In this document: positions 13,912 through 26,758 of the stretch, one piece after another
How the letters are laid out: each line of letters opens with the position of its first letter
Position numbering within the stretch: position 1 is the first letter of the stretch
Assembly: GCF_000143415.4 (NCBI RefSeq)
Contig: NW_003314272.1
Span: 2,691,728 to 2,755,727, forward strand
Length of the DNA: 64,000 nt
Direction: 5' to 3'
From: Selaginella moellendorffii
Lineage: Eukaryota > Plantae > Lycopodiophyta
Position numbers and translations under genes: made by a program
Notes under the pieces: model-generated
The model's database searches: none
What the model saw: only the letters and a program-made list of their open reading frames with translations
What the model was told of the DNA's origin: nothing

Positions 13912-15423
13912 TCAGAAGTTGATCGAAGTCTCAAGCTTCCATTTCTGAAAGGCCGCCCTGTCCAGGAGCCTCTTCTTCACCGACAAGAGCAGCGTCTCAA
14001 ACGCGACGACGTCCGTGACACGCCCCTTGTCTCTGATGCTGGTCAGGAGATCGTTGGCCATGTCGAGCTTATCAATCTTGCAAAGCCCATCGAATACCAA
14101 GCTGTAAGTCACCGCGTTTGGAGTGCAGCCATCCTCCAGCATCCTCTTCACAAGCCGGCACGCCTCCACCATCTTCCCCGCCTTGCACAGCCCGGTCACC
14201 AGCACGGTGTAAGTCACAACGTCGGGCTTGCAACCCCGCGACACCATCTTCTCGAGCAGCGCAAAGCCTTTGTCGACGTCCCCGCACCGGCACAGCCCGT
14301 CGATGATGGTACTGTAAGTCACCACGTCCGGCGCACAGCCATGCTCGAGCATGCTGCTCAGGAGCTCGCGAGCTCGGTCCAGATCCTGGGCCTTGCAGTA
14401 GCCGTCCACCAGAGTATTGAAAGCCACCACGCTCGCGCAGCAGTCCTTCCGCCCGATCATCTCCTGGAGCAGCTCGTCGGCCTTGCGGAGGTTGGACGAC
14501 TTGCAAAGCCCGTTGATGAGGATGCTGTACGTGAAAGTGTCCGGCGAGCAGCCAGCGCGCTGCTTCATCTCCTCGAGAAAGCCGTAAGCGCGGTCGATTT
14601 CCCCGGACTTGCAGAAGCCATGGATGATTGCGTTGTAAGTCTGGGTATCCGGCGTGGTGGTCATTCCTTGCATCACAAGCACGGCCTCTCCACTACGGCC
14701 AGCGCTCGAGAGCCCGTTGATGAGAGTGTTGTAAGTGACGAGGTTGGCAGCGAAGCCACTCCTTTCCATCTCGTCGAGGACTTGCTGGGCTTCGTCGAGC
14801 CTCCCGGCCTTGCAGAGTCCGGCTATCAGTGTGTTGAAAGTCACCACGTCCGGCTTGCAAGCTCCATCTTTCATGTTCTTGACGACCTCCATCGCCTCTG
14901 GAACTTTGCCCGACTTACACAGCGCGTGGACGAAGAAGTTGTACATGGAAGGAGTGGGAGCCATGCCTGGCTGCTGCTCCATCTCGCGGAGCAAATCCAT
15001 GGCGGCCTGGAGCTCCCCGGCCAGGCAGTGCGCTCGGACGAGCACAAAGTACGTGTAGTTGTCGAAGAGTGGCGGCGATGGAGGAGACGAAGAGGAGCTT
15101 GCCACCGCCATTTCTTCCTTGTAGATCCTGAAAGCCTCCCTGTGTCTACCGCCAGAGACTAGAGCCTCGAGGAGCTTGTTGTAAGTGAAACTGGTGTGGG
15201 AGAAGCCCACCTCCGGCCTGGCCACGAATCGGAAGAAGACGCTCGCTAGATCGGCCTCTTTCTTGAGCTGTTCCAGCACGCCCGCGACGAGCCTGGGGCT
15301 GCGGAGGACGCGCGCGCAGCCGTTGCTCTGCCGGCCCCACTCCAGCAGCCGCTGCTCGTTCTTGTGCGATCGGAGGAGGCGCACGAGCTGGACTGTGGCG
15401 ATTGCGATGCTGGGAGGGAGCAT
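13912..15423 (-). CDS. P-class pentatricopeptide repeat protein (intronless)
   Basis: 503-aa ORF with tandem 35-aa PPR motifs (PDVVTFNTLIAGLCKAGRLDEA etc.). Confidence 0.93.
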   Translation of the reverse strand: MLPPSIAIATVQLVRLLRSHKNEQRLLEWGRQSNGCARVLRSPRLVAGVLEQLKKEADLASVFFRFVARPEVGFSHTSFTYNKLLEALVSGGRHREAFRIYKEEMAVASSSSSPPSPPLFDNYTYFVLVRAHCLAGELQAAMDLLREMEQQPGMAPTPSMYNFFVHALCKSGKVPEAMEVVKNMKDGACKPDVVTFNTLIAGLCKAGRLDEAQQVLDEMERSGFAANLVTYNTLINGLSSAGRSGEAVLVMQGMTTTPDTQTYNAIIHGFCKSGEIDRAYGFLEEMKQRAGCSPDTFTYSILINGLCKSSNLRKADELLQEMIGRKDCCASVVAFNTLVDGYCKAQDLDRARELLSSMLEHGCAPDVVTYSTIIDGLCRCGDVDKGFALLEKMVSRGCKPDVVTYTVLVTGLCKAGKMVEACRLVKRMLEDGCTPNAVTYSLVFDGLCKIDKLDMANDLLTSIRDKGRVTDVVAFETLLLSVKKRLLDRAAFQKWKLETSINF

Positions 15424-15583
15424 GGCGCTGAGATCAGCGGAGAATCATACCTGGTGGGAATCGCCATCCGCTAGAACCCTAGAAATTCTTGCAGCATTCC
15501 ATTGTTTGTACCCTACTTAAGTTTCATGCCAAGTAGGTGCATGAATTGCTTGGGAAAAATTACATTCTTTCTTCCTTTAAGCG

Positions 15584-17454
15584 TTAAATGCTGGGTAGAG
15601 CAAAGGCTGGAAATGATCTAGCGACGAATTCTTTGTGTCGATCACTCCACTGTTTCACTGCAAGGAAAGAAGAAGAAGAACCAACGCGATCAAACCAAAA
15701 TCCTCGAAAGAAACATGACAAGAAAGAGTTTTTAGAACCTGCTTCATCGTTGCTCTTTGGCTCTTTAACAGTGGCCGCTCTTTCGATCAGCTTGGGCACT
15801 GGAACCAAGATGGTTTGAGCGCGGTGAAGAGGAAAATCAAGCCATACATACCATTCTTTCCGCTGGTGGCATTCACCAATAACGCAGGCAGATTCGTTCT
15901 AGTCAGCTGCAAATTTTTCGAGCAAAGTTAGCTCCGATTCTCGTGAAGAGTTCTTTTACCATGGCAGCTAGCTCCGTGGCGAGCGTAGCCGGATCGACGG
16001 AGGCCAGGCGCTTGTTGTACGCTGGGGTGTAAGTCTTGCCATCGTAGCCGGCCAGAGAGAGGAAGGCACATTGCTGAGGGCTCAACTTGGTGATCTCTGG
16101 AAGAACACCAGAGCTGGAAAAAGGAAACGATGAGATTTTTTTCCAGGAGAATTCGTTTTTGTCACGTACCTGTCAACCGTGACGAGCACAAGAGCTGCTG
16201 GGGAGACGAGCTTTGGCACAGCGGCTTTCTGTGTGTTGAAAAATCTCGTGGCTCCAAAGCTAGCATTCCAGAGAACTCCCTCTTCTGGAAAGACCGATGC
16301 TTTGATCACGGCCTCGTTCTTGGAGAGGATGGAGTCCGGTCCAGCGACGATTACATGAGAGTCTTTAATGTGGAGTACGCTGAGCAAAGGAAGAACAAAT
16401 AAAAATGCTCTTGGAGTGAGAATTTTGCTGCAAGCAAACCTGAGAGACGACCATACCGAGCTGTTAGAGGCAGAGCTCCGCTCGCAACGATTGCAGGAGC
16501 AGCAAGAGCGGCGATTGCGTCTTTCAGAGCCTTCTCATCGGCGAAAGCTTTTCCACCAACGATCAAGGCCGAGCGATCGTAGTCCGCAGCAATGAAAGGA
16601 GTGTTCTCTGGGAGCTCCAACGCTTTGGTCCTGAAGTGATGTTTTCCATAAGCAAATGAAGAGAAAAAACTGATCTTTCTTAGCGTAACTTACTTGTGTG
16701 CGGATGCAACGTAGATGGATAGCGCAGACTCTCCCCTTTCAACAGTGGAGCACAGTGTGTCTTTCAAAATCCCCGCAGCCGAAGGATTGTCACAGACTGC
16801 TCGAACTTTAACATGCTTGGACGATGCTCCAATGGAACCATCTTGCACAAACAGCTTGCTGCAAGAGGAAAGGTGTTGAGCCACCTAGCACACGATCGTT
16901 CCAGCAAGGTTGGAGCAAACAATGAAAGCAAAAATCAAAGAAAGATCCTCTTTGGTACCTCCTTGAATAGCTTGTTAAACTGTGCCTTGCTGATCTCGCT
17001 AGCGCCGGTGGAGTAGCTTCCACGGGCAAAAATCTTGGATCCAGAGATAGAGTCTGGAATAGTGATTCTTGCTAGCTGAAAAGCAAATAACCGAGCAGCC
17101 TAGAACTGTGACTTGCCTTGTGGACGAGCACCATGATCCTGGAGCTCCGAGTCCTTGAGATTGTCATACACATCTCCAGACGGTGGGATAGCCTTGGCTG
17201 AAAGCGCCCAGTTCAAAGTATAGCTCAATCCAACCCTCTCCCTGGAACACAGTCATCACCGAAAAACCCGATTTTCCCGCTATCAAAAACCTTGGGAAGG
17301 CGATCGTCTCCACTCCAGCTTCTTTCATAGCAAGAACCCGCGAAAACTGGAACACAAGATCTTCTCAGCGAGTTCCAAGAACCAAGTTTGCGCTTACCGA
17401 GCGGTGTCGCCATACATTCCATACGTAGCGCCTAACCCCACGACTCGCCAGCAT
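15584..17454 (-). CDS. Divergent ATP-PEP-carboxykinase-like protein with putative mitochondrial presequence (multi-exon)
   Basis: Spliced by eye: MLASRGVRRYVWNVWRHRS-FSRVLAMKEAG...SYTLNWAL...LFVQDGSIGASSKHVKVRAVCDNP...FIAADYDRSALIVGG...DSSGVLPEITKLSPQQCAFLSLAGY. These resemble PEPCK-ATP segments. Confidence 0.7.
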
Positions 17455-17580
17455 CTTCCGAACCCGCAACGGAGGTTATGCCTATTTCTTTTCTTTTTGC
17501 CTCTTTCCCTTGAAACGAGTCAGTTTCAATTGCGCAAAAAAATTCCATCCTTTACAAAGTAAAACGGAATGGACCTGAGG

Positions 17581-19169
17581 TTAGAGCTCCTTTGTTCGGG
17601 GAAAATTGTTGCTGGTTGTTGTTTTGATCACTTTCTTCTGGTGGGACTGCTCCAGGACCTGCTTGGTTTTTTCCAGGACTCCAAAGAAAATGGAGCCTCC
17701 GATGCCAATCCACATCACTCGCGGACCGATTCCCTGCGTAAATAGTTTGTTTTCTAACTCCAAGAAGCACTAGAGCTTACTTTGGTGAGTGCTCCAGCTC
17801 CTTCTTCTTGGACGATCTTCTGGACGCAATCGACTATGCCTTTGTATGCGTTTGATTTTCCCTGGAGGATTTGCAAAGTCCATGATTTCAAGTCCTTGAA
17901 GTCGCCGAAAAGCTTACCTGGATCATGAGGCGTGTTTTGATGACGTCCAGGGGCGTAGTCAAGGCACCCGTTAATGCCCCTGGAAAGACGTCTCAGAACA
18001 AAAAAGTAGAAGGAAACACGAGAGATCTTGCTCACCAGCGAAGGCTCCGACAAGAGCTGTTTCGGAGTCATAGAGATCTCGTCTGGCCTGATAGACAACA
18101 ACGAAAGATTAAGCTGCTTAACTCGTAACTCATAAGTAATTTACCATCTTTTTGTAGCCGATCTTAAGTTGCTCGTAAATGCAAAACTGGATCGCGTCGA
18201 AAGGCAGGTCTCGCAACAAGAAGGAACCAAATCCCTGCACCGGGGAACCACAGTTTTCTTAAGATAGCGACTTCAATCGTAAAATATTAAATATTTTACC
18301 GCATAGAGGCCCCGGAAACCTTCGTTGCTCACAATACTCCGGACAGCTATGTGAGCCCTTGGAAACTCACGAGTTTGCATCCTTTGTTTCACCACCTGAG
18401 ATGTAAACGAAGAAGAAAATATTGAAAAGCTTGATTTCTTCGCGTTACCTCGGTGGGCACACGGACGAGAGATGCTGCAAGTCCTCCGGTAGCACCAGCC
18501 GTCTGTGGAGGAGGAAAACTCGATAGGTAAAAGAAGAAGCAAGCTTACAAGCTTACCAAGTGAGCGATGGAACTTAAATGATCTGGAAGGCATTCTTCCA
18601 GCTTCCGTTTCACAGGCTCGTAAACTCCAACAAAAATCGCGGACGCCCTGAAGAAAACCACGAAGCCAAATCATTCCAGTTTTCCAGTAAAGATTTTCTT
18701 ACGGTAGAACTCCCAGGAGGTTCCCGGCTAGACCCGAATACAGGCCTTTTAGCACGATCTTCCCGCTCGTTCGAGCAGCCTGTTTGGTACATGCATTGAA
18801 TGAAAAGAGAAAAAAAGTAAGGCTAGGAGTGAAGTAGAAAAAAAAACAAAGAGATTAGAGCTTTCCTGGAGTCGAGTTTTGATAGTGTCAATCGGATAGA
18901 GCACGGTTTCAACGACAACTCCAGCAGTGGCTCCAGCAATCGCTCCCTCTTTTCAAAGAGAGAAAAATATAAAGGTAAACGAAAAAAAAAAGAAAAAAAA
19001 AAGAAAAAAAGAGCTTCACACACCTATGATAACTTGAGCGAAATTGATTTGCTTTCTCGAAGGAATCGCGGTCGTGGCTGTTCCAGCGCGCGTTTCAATA
19101 GCTGGAAACACAAAACCAGAATTAGAGCTCCTTCTCTGCCGTCGAGCACTCACATTTCGATTCTTCCAT
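17581..19169 (-). CDS. Mitochondrial carrier family protein, S-adenosylmethionine carrier (SAMC)-like (multi-exon)
   Basis: Carrier signatures YPIDTIKTRLQ, VPTEVVKQRMQ and TPLDVIKTRLM, plus GLYSGLAGNLLGVLP, FLLRDLPFDAIQF and GIGPRVMWIGIGGSIFFGVLE. Confidence 0.9.
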
Positions 19170-19378
19170 GGCGTGTTGGATAATCCAAGGCACGCCGCTC
19201 CAATGCCCCAATCCTGTGAAGCGCCGGGCGCGGATTTGTCACGGATTGACCTAAAATCCGTGAGAGAGGGAAGAGAAGCGCGCAGAGAGCCCTTGCGGTT
19301 TTGGGTTTTAAACAGATGTGGTAAAGATTCAACGGATATGCCGCTCTCATTTTAGGGTTCTTTCGATCGATCGATCGA

Positions 19379-20935
19379 ATGGTGCGCCAGTGCGAGCACT
19401 GCGGGGAGAGGCGCCAGGCGCTGCGACGGCCAAAGACTGGACACAAGGTGAAATTTCAATCATATTTCTCGCCAAGGTGTTGATTCCGAGGCGATCGTCC
19501 AGGTTTGCCGAGAATGCTTCTTTCAATTGCTCGAGGATGAAGTTCACGAGACGATCACGCAAAATCAACTGTTCAAGAAGGGGGAGAGGGTCGCAATGGC
19601 AGCGTCTGGCGGCAAAGGTAGAGAGTTTTAGTCCATCTTTTCTAGCACTGTTTATTCCTTCTTCTAGATTCTACTGTGCTTGCGCATATTCTCTCGGAGC
19701 TTAATACGAGGCACGACTATGGACTGGATCTCTTCTTGTTGTCCATCGACGAGGGAATTTCCGGCTATCGGGATGACTCCCTCGAGACTGTCAAGCGAAA
19801 CGAAGTCCAGGTAGATTTTCACCATGTCCATTTTTTCTTGCGTTCTTACGTAAGTTTCTTTTGTTCTTTTGTTTTGCTCTCTCTTGCAGTATGGCATTCC
19901 TCTGAAGGTCTTGTCCTACAAAGAGCTTTACGGGTGGACCATGGATGAAATCGTCAAAGAGATTGGACGCAAGAACAACTGCACCTTCTGCGGTGTATTC
20001 CGGCGACAGGTAGATCCTTTTTTGTTTTTCTATCTCTCTCTCTCTCTCTCTCTCCAAAGCTACAGAGACTTGGCTCGTTTTTTCGCAGGCCTTGGACAGA
20101 GGAGCGGCTCTGATGAAGGCTGACAAAATGGCAACCGGGCACAACGCGGATGATATGGCTGAGACAATTTTGCTCAATCTGTTACGAGGCGACATTGCTC
20201 GGTATGTTTAGCAGCTCCACTTTCGTTCCGTTTTCTCGTTGATTCGAAGAGAACTTGACTATTGCCAGGACAGCTTAAGTCGATGTACCGCTATAATGAC
20301 AGGTGAAGAGGGTGCCTTACCACGGTGCAAGCCTTTCAAGTACACATATGAGAAAGAGATCGTCATGTATGCGTACTTCAAGAAGCTTGACTATTTCTCC
20401 ACAGAATGTGAGGATTTTCTTTCAGCAGTAGTTCGAAAGTAACCAGCGTACTTTGGCTTGCAGGTATTTACTCGCCGAACGCCTACCGAGGGTATGCCCG
20501 AGACTTTATCAAGGACTTGGAGGCTATCAGGTCATGGACTTTACCATTTTTCCTTTGTCACTGCTCACTCTTGACTATTCAGACCTCGGGCGATAGTTGA
20601 CATAATTAAGTCTGGAGAGGACTTTAGAATTTCATCCACTGCTAGGATGCCAGTCCAAGGCGTTTGCTCTCGGTGTGGATACATTTCTAGCCAGGTAAGT
20701 GTCTTTTTTCTTCTTCTTTCAAGCAACTATCTATATCACGCTTTTAAAATTTTCGCAGAAACTATGCAAGGCATGTGTACTGCTCGATGGTTTAAATCGC
20801 GGACTTCCAAGGCTGGGCATTAGCAGAACTCGAGGCATCAAGAGTACAAACGGCGTCGCAGACATTGACGAGAAATCAGCGGTGGCGGGGGCTGTTGGCA
20901 ACGGATTTTCCAAAAAACTAAGCCTGGAATTCTGA
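19379..20935 (+). CDS. CTU1: Cytoplasmic tRNA 2-thiolation protein 1 (Ncs6/ROL5 homolog)
   Basis: N-terminal CxxC, PP-loop [54 protein letters not shown] and C-terminal [12 protein letters not shown]. Confidence 0.93.
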
Positions 20936-21885
20936 GAGTCATGTGACGGGAGGTACGTACTTTGTAAATCTCGGACTTCTATACTCTTTCTACTTGGTCA
21001 TGTTGATTGCAGTGCAAACTAGTGAAAACTAAGAAGAAGAAGATGAAGAAGCACGACGCAGCTTTGATCGTCCGGATCGAAATCGATGACAAACCAATCT
21101 AGAGACGTGATCCTCGCATCCAAAATGACGATGATGAAATCAAACGGACAGAGCCGAGAGGAAGCTAGGATTGAATCGTATCGTCCTAGAGTTCATCATC
21201 AAGCACACCAGGAAAAAAGGAGAGAAAAAAACGATCTTGTGAAAGTCCTTTGGCGATGGTGGCGATGGTGGCCAGCGATTGACGAAGATGGGCGAAGGAA
21301 AAATGGCGTCGGGGGTTCGAATCCCAGTCGCGAGACAAAGTATGCTATTTTAATATTTTCAGTGTGTAGAGGAGAGTGAAGTGTGTGTAGTAGCATGGAC
21401 CGTTTCCAGAGTGAGCCCTCCCTCGGTAGTACTTTGATGAGAGAGAGAGAGGAGTTCTAGCGCGCCTGGATCATTCGCTATAGCTCGCCCCCACGCTGCG
21501 TGATGATTGAGGACGATGATTCTTACTGCTAGATCGCATGGCGCGGCGTGGCCTTCTTTGGCGCCGGCGCGCGGCGGAGTAGCGGGCGGAGCGCCGCTAG
21601 CGACAAATGTAGATTGAGCTTATTCTTCCTTTCCTCGCTCTTCTTTCTTCGATGCGCCCGCTCGCCGCCGCCGCCGGGGCGATCGCCCGGCGCTGGATTA
21701 GGTCTGCTGCCTCGCATCTTTCTTTCCTCCTCCTCGCAAGGTCTTAGGCGAGCGGAATTTCGGAGAGCGATGGGAGGAGAGCTCCTGGCGTGATGGCACG
21801 GGGCAATGGATCGGTCGTAGCAGCGGCGTCTCTAGCCATAGAATGGATGATCCTCTCCTTTTTGTGACGAGCAGGAATAGCAGCG

Positions 21886-24236
21886 ATGACGATTACAAAG
21901 ATCCGGCGCCTTTCTTCCACGGGGCCGGTTGCGCGATTGGTCTGGATTGCCGCCTATCTCAGCGTCACGCTCGCGGCTCTCATGTCGACCTATTTCTTCC
22001 CAGCGCTCCATTCCCTGCTCCTGGCCAGCAAGGAGCAGCGATTTCCAGCCGCGATTGGGGATCTTGGCGGGGCGCAGCAGCAGCAAATTCATGGCCGCGA
22101 TCCCATGAAGTGGACGTGGGAGGAGGCGCCTCTCCATTTCTTTCGAGGAACAAAGCAGGATTCGAGCTCCAGTCTTGACAAGAAGGTAAGCTAAAAGAAA
22201 TTTGGTTGTGCTTGTTCTTGATTAATAGTTTCTCTCTTTGTTTTGCCTTTTGTGTGCTGGTTGGATGGATTTTAGCTGTGGAAGCACCCACCAAACCGGG
22301 GATTTGTGCCTTGCGTGTTGCCGAGCCGGAAGTATAAAGGTTTGTGTCAATCAATTCCAATTGTTTAAAGAAGCACGAGTTGATGGTGGGGGGTCTTTGT
22401 TTTTATTGTGCACTCGCAGCTAGCAAGGGGCCATCAAGAGGCTTCTTGGTCGTCCAGAGCAATGGAGGATTGAATCAGATGCGCGCTGGGGTAAATTGCT
22501 GGGAACTGGTCACTTGGTTTTGACAGCTTTGTTTTTTCATGCTAGATTTGCGACATGGTAGCAGTAGCGAGAATTTTGAACGCAACCCTCGTCATTCCGG
22601 AGCTGGACAAGCGTTCCTTTTGGCAGGATTCTAGGTGAGCGAAAATTTTCGTGCTTGACTAGTGCTTCAAGAACCCACGAATTTTCTTTTTTGGTTTCGT
22701 GCAGCAAATTTTCAGACATCTTTAATGAGGACTACTTCATAGAGGCACTAGAGCAGGATGTAGATATTGTCAGGAAGCTGCCCAAGGAGGTTGCCGACCT
22801 TCCGAAGTCTCGCAAGCAGTTTAGGAGCTGGTCCAACGTGAAGTATTACGAGGAAGAAATTGCTCCCTTGTTCGACGAATACCAGGTATGCTTCTCATTC
22901 AATCAACCAAACCGATTCCGCAACCTCTGTTCAATCCAGGTTATTCGTGCGGTGAAGTCGGACTCGCGGCTAGCGAACAACGGTTTGCCGGGTGACATAC
23001 AAAAGCTCCGGTGTCGAGTTCACTATGACGCGCTTCGTTTCTCCTCTCGCATAGAGGAATTCGGAAAGGCAGGCTGAGTCGAGTTTGCTAGATTGTGATC
23101 TAAGTCGTGTGCTGTCGAGCAGATGCTCGTGGACAGGATGAGGATGCACGGACCGTATATTGCTTTGCATCTTCGCTACGAGAAGGATATGCTAGCCTTC
23201 AGCGGCTGTACGCATGGGCTTACTCAAGACGAGTCAGATGAGCTTGCAGATATACGGTACGATTAAGAATTCTCCTTTTCGTGAGAAAGTTGTTTTAATC
23301 CGGCATTTTTGCCCCAGGGAGATCACAGCCCATTGGAAGGTAAAGATTATAAATGCCACGGAGCAGCGAGCCAAGGGCTTCTGTCCTTTAACACCCAAAG
23401 AAGTTGGCATTTTCTTGCAAGCGCTAGGATACCCTTCGGCGACCCGAATTTACGTTGCGGCAGGAGAGATATATGGTGGGAACGAGCGAATGCAGGAGCT
23501 ACAGGCACGGTTTCCAAACTTGATGAGAAAGGTAATCTACATTCTTGCGTTTCTTTTTAGTTCTTCCTTTGTTCTTATATATATTTTTTGTGGAATAGGA
23601 AACAGTTGCTACGCCGGCCGAGCTCGCACAATTCTCGAGGCATGCATCGCAAATGGCGGCTTTGGACTACATCATGTCAGTCGAGGCTGACGTCTTCGTG
23701 CCATCCTACTCGGGAAACATGGCCCGTGCAGTGGAAGGCCACAGGAGGTATCTCGGTCACCGAAAGACGATAATACCAGACAGGCAAGTTGGCCGCTCGT
23801 AAAGCTTCTCGTGAGCAAAATCCTTCTGACGGGCTTTGCTGCTTTTTCTCTTTTCCGTGTTTCACCAGGAAAGCGCTGGTCGATCTGATCGGCAAGACCG
23901 AAAGTGGTGTGCTCGAGGACGCGGAGCTGTCAAAGAGGATCATAGACATCCACAAGCGCAGGTTTGGATAAAAGATCTCACCACTTGCTACTCCCTCTTT
24001 TCGCTTTCGCTCCTGGGCTTTTGATGAAAGCTTTTTCTCTCGTCTCTTTTTTCGTAGGCAAGGCGCTCCTAGGAAACGAAAAGGCCCTGTCGTGGGTAGC
24101 AAAGGCAAGGACCGCTTCCGGACCGAGGAAGCGTTCTACACGAATCCTCTCCCGGACTGCCTGTGCAATAAGAACTCCGACGACGACAACGCTAGCTCGC
24201 AACAGCAACACACAAACTACACAATCGACGCTGTAA
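21886..24236 (+). CDS. O-fucosyltransferase family (GT106/DUF246) Golgi type II protein (multi-exon)
   Basis: N-terminal TM segment; [68 protein letters not shown] and [12 protein letters not shown]. Confidence 0.92.
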
Positions 24237-24827
24237 GTAATCACCACCCCCAACTCGAATAGAAGTAAGTGTCAATGTTTTTTCTTCCTTCTCTCTTTCC
24301 TTTCGAGAGAGAAACCATTGAAAAGAACAGAGAATTTTGATGATCAATCTCTTCGAATCCTAGCTCTTGTTTGGCGGCCAGGGATAAAATTTAATCGAAA
24401 GTTATGATGCACAACCATGGATAGTTTGAGTTTGATTTTTCTTCCCTGGTTGGAAGTTTCTTCCAAAATGGAGGCTTGGAGGAATTAAACGTTTGGCAGG
24501 ACGCGCCATTGTGTCCACGTGGCGTGCTCTCACTGGACTGCCACTTCATGAGCTCGAGGGTTTGGTTTTTTCTCATTCAAACACGCGCATTTTTTTGTTA
24601 TGGAAGTCTTCCATCGTATCGCAGCGCCACAGGGAGGTGAAGGCACTGGCGCATCGATTTGTCAGGAATTCCATGTTGCGAGGAGCGCTAATCGAGGCGA
24701 TCGCCGTGTCTAGTTGCGTGATTCACAGCATTGCTGTCATCGCCAACGCTAGGGGCTGTGGTGAGTGATCTGTGGCGCAATATAAGGCGGTGCTGGGATC
24801 TGGGAGCGGCATTCTGGGGGAATTGGC

Positions 24828-26758
24828 ATGGGATCCGCCGAGAATGGGCAGGATCATCGCGAGGAGCTGGAGGCTAGGGGAAAGAAGCGGAGGAAGGGTT
24901 TGCGCCGCCGGCTATGGAGTTGGGCGGTGCTGGCGGCGCTGGTGGCGATCTTCGCAATGAGCGTGACTGGGACGTCTCCTAAGTTTTTCAACTACAGGGC
25001 GTACTTCCCGTGCCCTTGGCCGCATCACGTAAGTCCTTTCTAGAGAATGCTGGAAAAATTCTTCTCTTCTTTCATTCTCACTGCTAGAATTTTTTGCCTA
25101 TAGAATTCGCAGAAGCTCTCTGGAGTTGTGGAAGACTGCCAGTGTGACTACAAAACCGTGGACACCATCAACGAGGAAGTTCTTTTCCCTGCGCTCCAAA
25201 GCCTTGTAAAGAAGCCATTCTTTCGATACTTCAAGGTGATCGATCGCTAGTTTCGTTGTTCTTCCTTGTTTTTCTTACGTTCTTCTCGTCCCAGGTGAAA
25301 CTTTGGTGCGATTGCCCGTTCTGGCCGGACGATGGTATGTGCCATCTCCGCGACTGTAGCGTTTGCGAGTGCCCGGAGAACGAGTTCCCCGAGACTTTCA
25401 AACGGCCGAGTGGCCAACTTTCGCCAGCGGATCCAAAGTGTCAAGAAGGAAAGCCACAGGCCACTGTGGATAGAACGCTAGACAACCAAGCTTTCCATGG
25501 CTGGACCGAAGCTGACAATCCCTGGACGTATGACAACGAAACAGACAATGGTATGTGTAGCACCACCTCTTTCATCTCACTCGCTTTCTTTCCAGCGGAG
25601 ATGACGTACGTAAATCTCGTGCTGAATCCCGAGAGATACACTGGCTACATCGGTGCATCGGCTCACCGCATCTGGGACACGATCTACAAGATGAACTGTT
25701 TCAAAGGTACAAAAGTTCGTTTGTTTACTCAGGTCGCTCCAAATGCTCTGATTGTTTTTCTGTTTTGATTTTGATAGACGCGCACAAGGATGTCTGCACG
25801 GAGAGGCGGATCCTCTACAAGCTGATATCCGGTTTGCATTCCTCTATCTCTGTCCATATAGCATCCGATTATTTATTGGATGAATCCACAAACCACGTAC
25901 GTAGTTTCTTTTTTCTTTATTCTAACGCACGTCCTTGCATCAAACAGAACGTTTCACACTCGTTTTTGTATTGTTTCTCTCTGCAGTGGGGGCCGAATTA
26001 CACTCTCCTTCATGAGCGTGTGGTGCAATACCCCGACCGTGTGAAGAACCTCTATTTCGTCTATCTCTTCGTGCTTCGAGCAGTAAACAAGGTAAGTTTT
26101 TTTCTTGTTTCAAAACTTGCCAGAGGATTTTTTTTCTATCGTGGATTGTCTGACCGAGTAGGCCTCCGCGTTTCTTGCTCAAGCCGAGTACAGCACTGGC
26201 AACACGATCGAGGACGCCACAACGCAGTTGCTGATTAAGGACTTGGTCACAAGCCAGCGGCTGCTAAACTTGTGCCCGGTTCCTTTCGACGAGGCACAGC
26301 TGAGAAGCGTGGATGGAGGGGAGCTCAAAAGCCATATCCAAGAGCATTTCCGGAAAATCAGGTTTGATCGTTGTCCATTTTTTTCTCTGCGTGTTTTGCG
26401 TTGCTTGGCGATCCTGACCACCATTTTTTTTTTTTCGCAGTGCCCTTATGGACTGTGTTGGATGTGAAAAATGCCGCTTGTGGGGGAAACTCCAGACACT
26501 TGGTCTAGGCACCGCCCTCAAGATTTTGTTCTCGGAAGAAACGTCGCCGCATTCGGTATAAACTTCCTTCTTCCTCTCTCTTTTGTTGTCAAGAGCGTAG
26601 AACTTACGCTCTTTTCTTCTTCCTCGCAGCTCAATCTCCAAAGAAACGAAGTGATCGCGTTGATCAATCTCCTCTCTAGACTGTCAGAGTCTCTAAAGTT
26701 TGTGAACGATTCGCTACTCCAGAACAAAGTCAAGGGCCTGGGCTCGCGCGATATGTGA
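24828..26758 (+). CDS. ERO1: Endoplasmic reticulum oxidoreductin-1
   Basis: [46 protein letters not shown] and active-site [16 protein letters not shown]. Confidence 0.95.

Noticed and set aside
13849-15162. Long antisense/shadow ORFs (also 1026-1913, 5474-6520, 30694-31656, 53158-54042)
   Set aside because: They lie opposite well-supported GC-rich genes, have no recognisable domains and mostly use non-ATG starts.
21885-21902. DDDYKD peptide resembling a FLAG tag
   Set aside because: Partial chance match with no vector or synthetic context.
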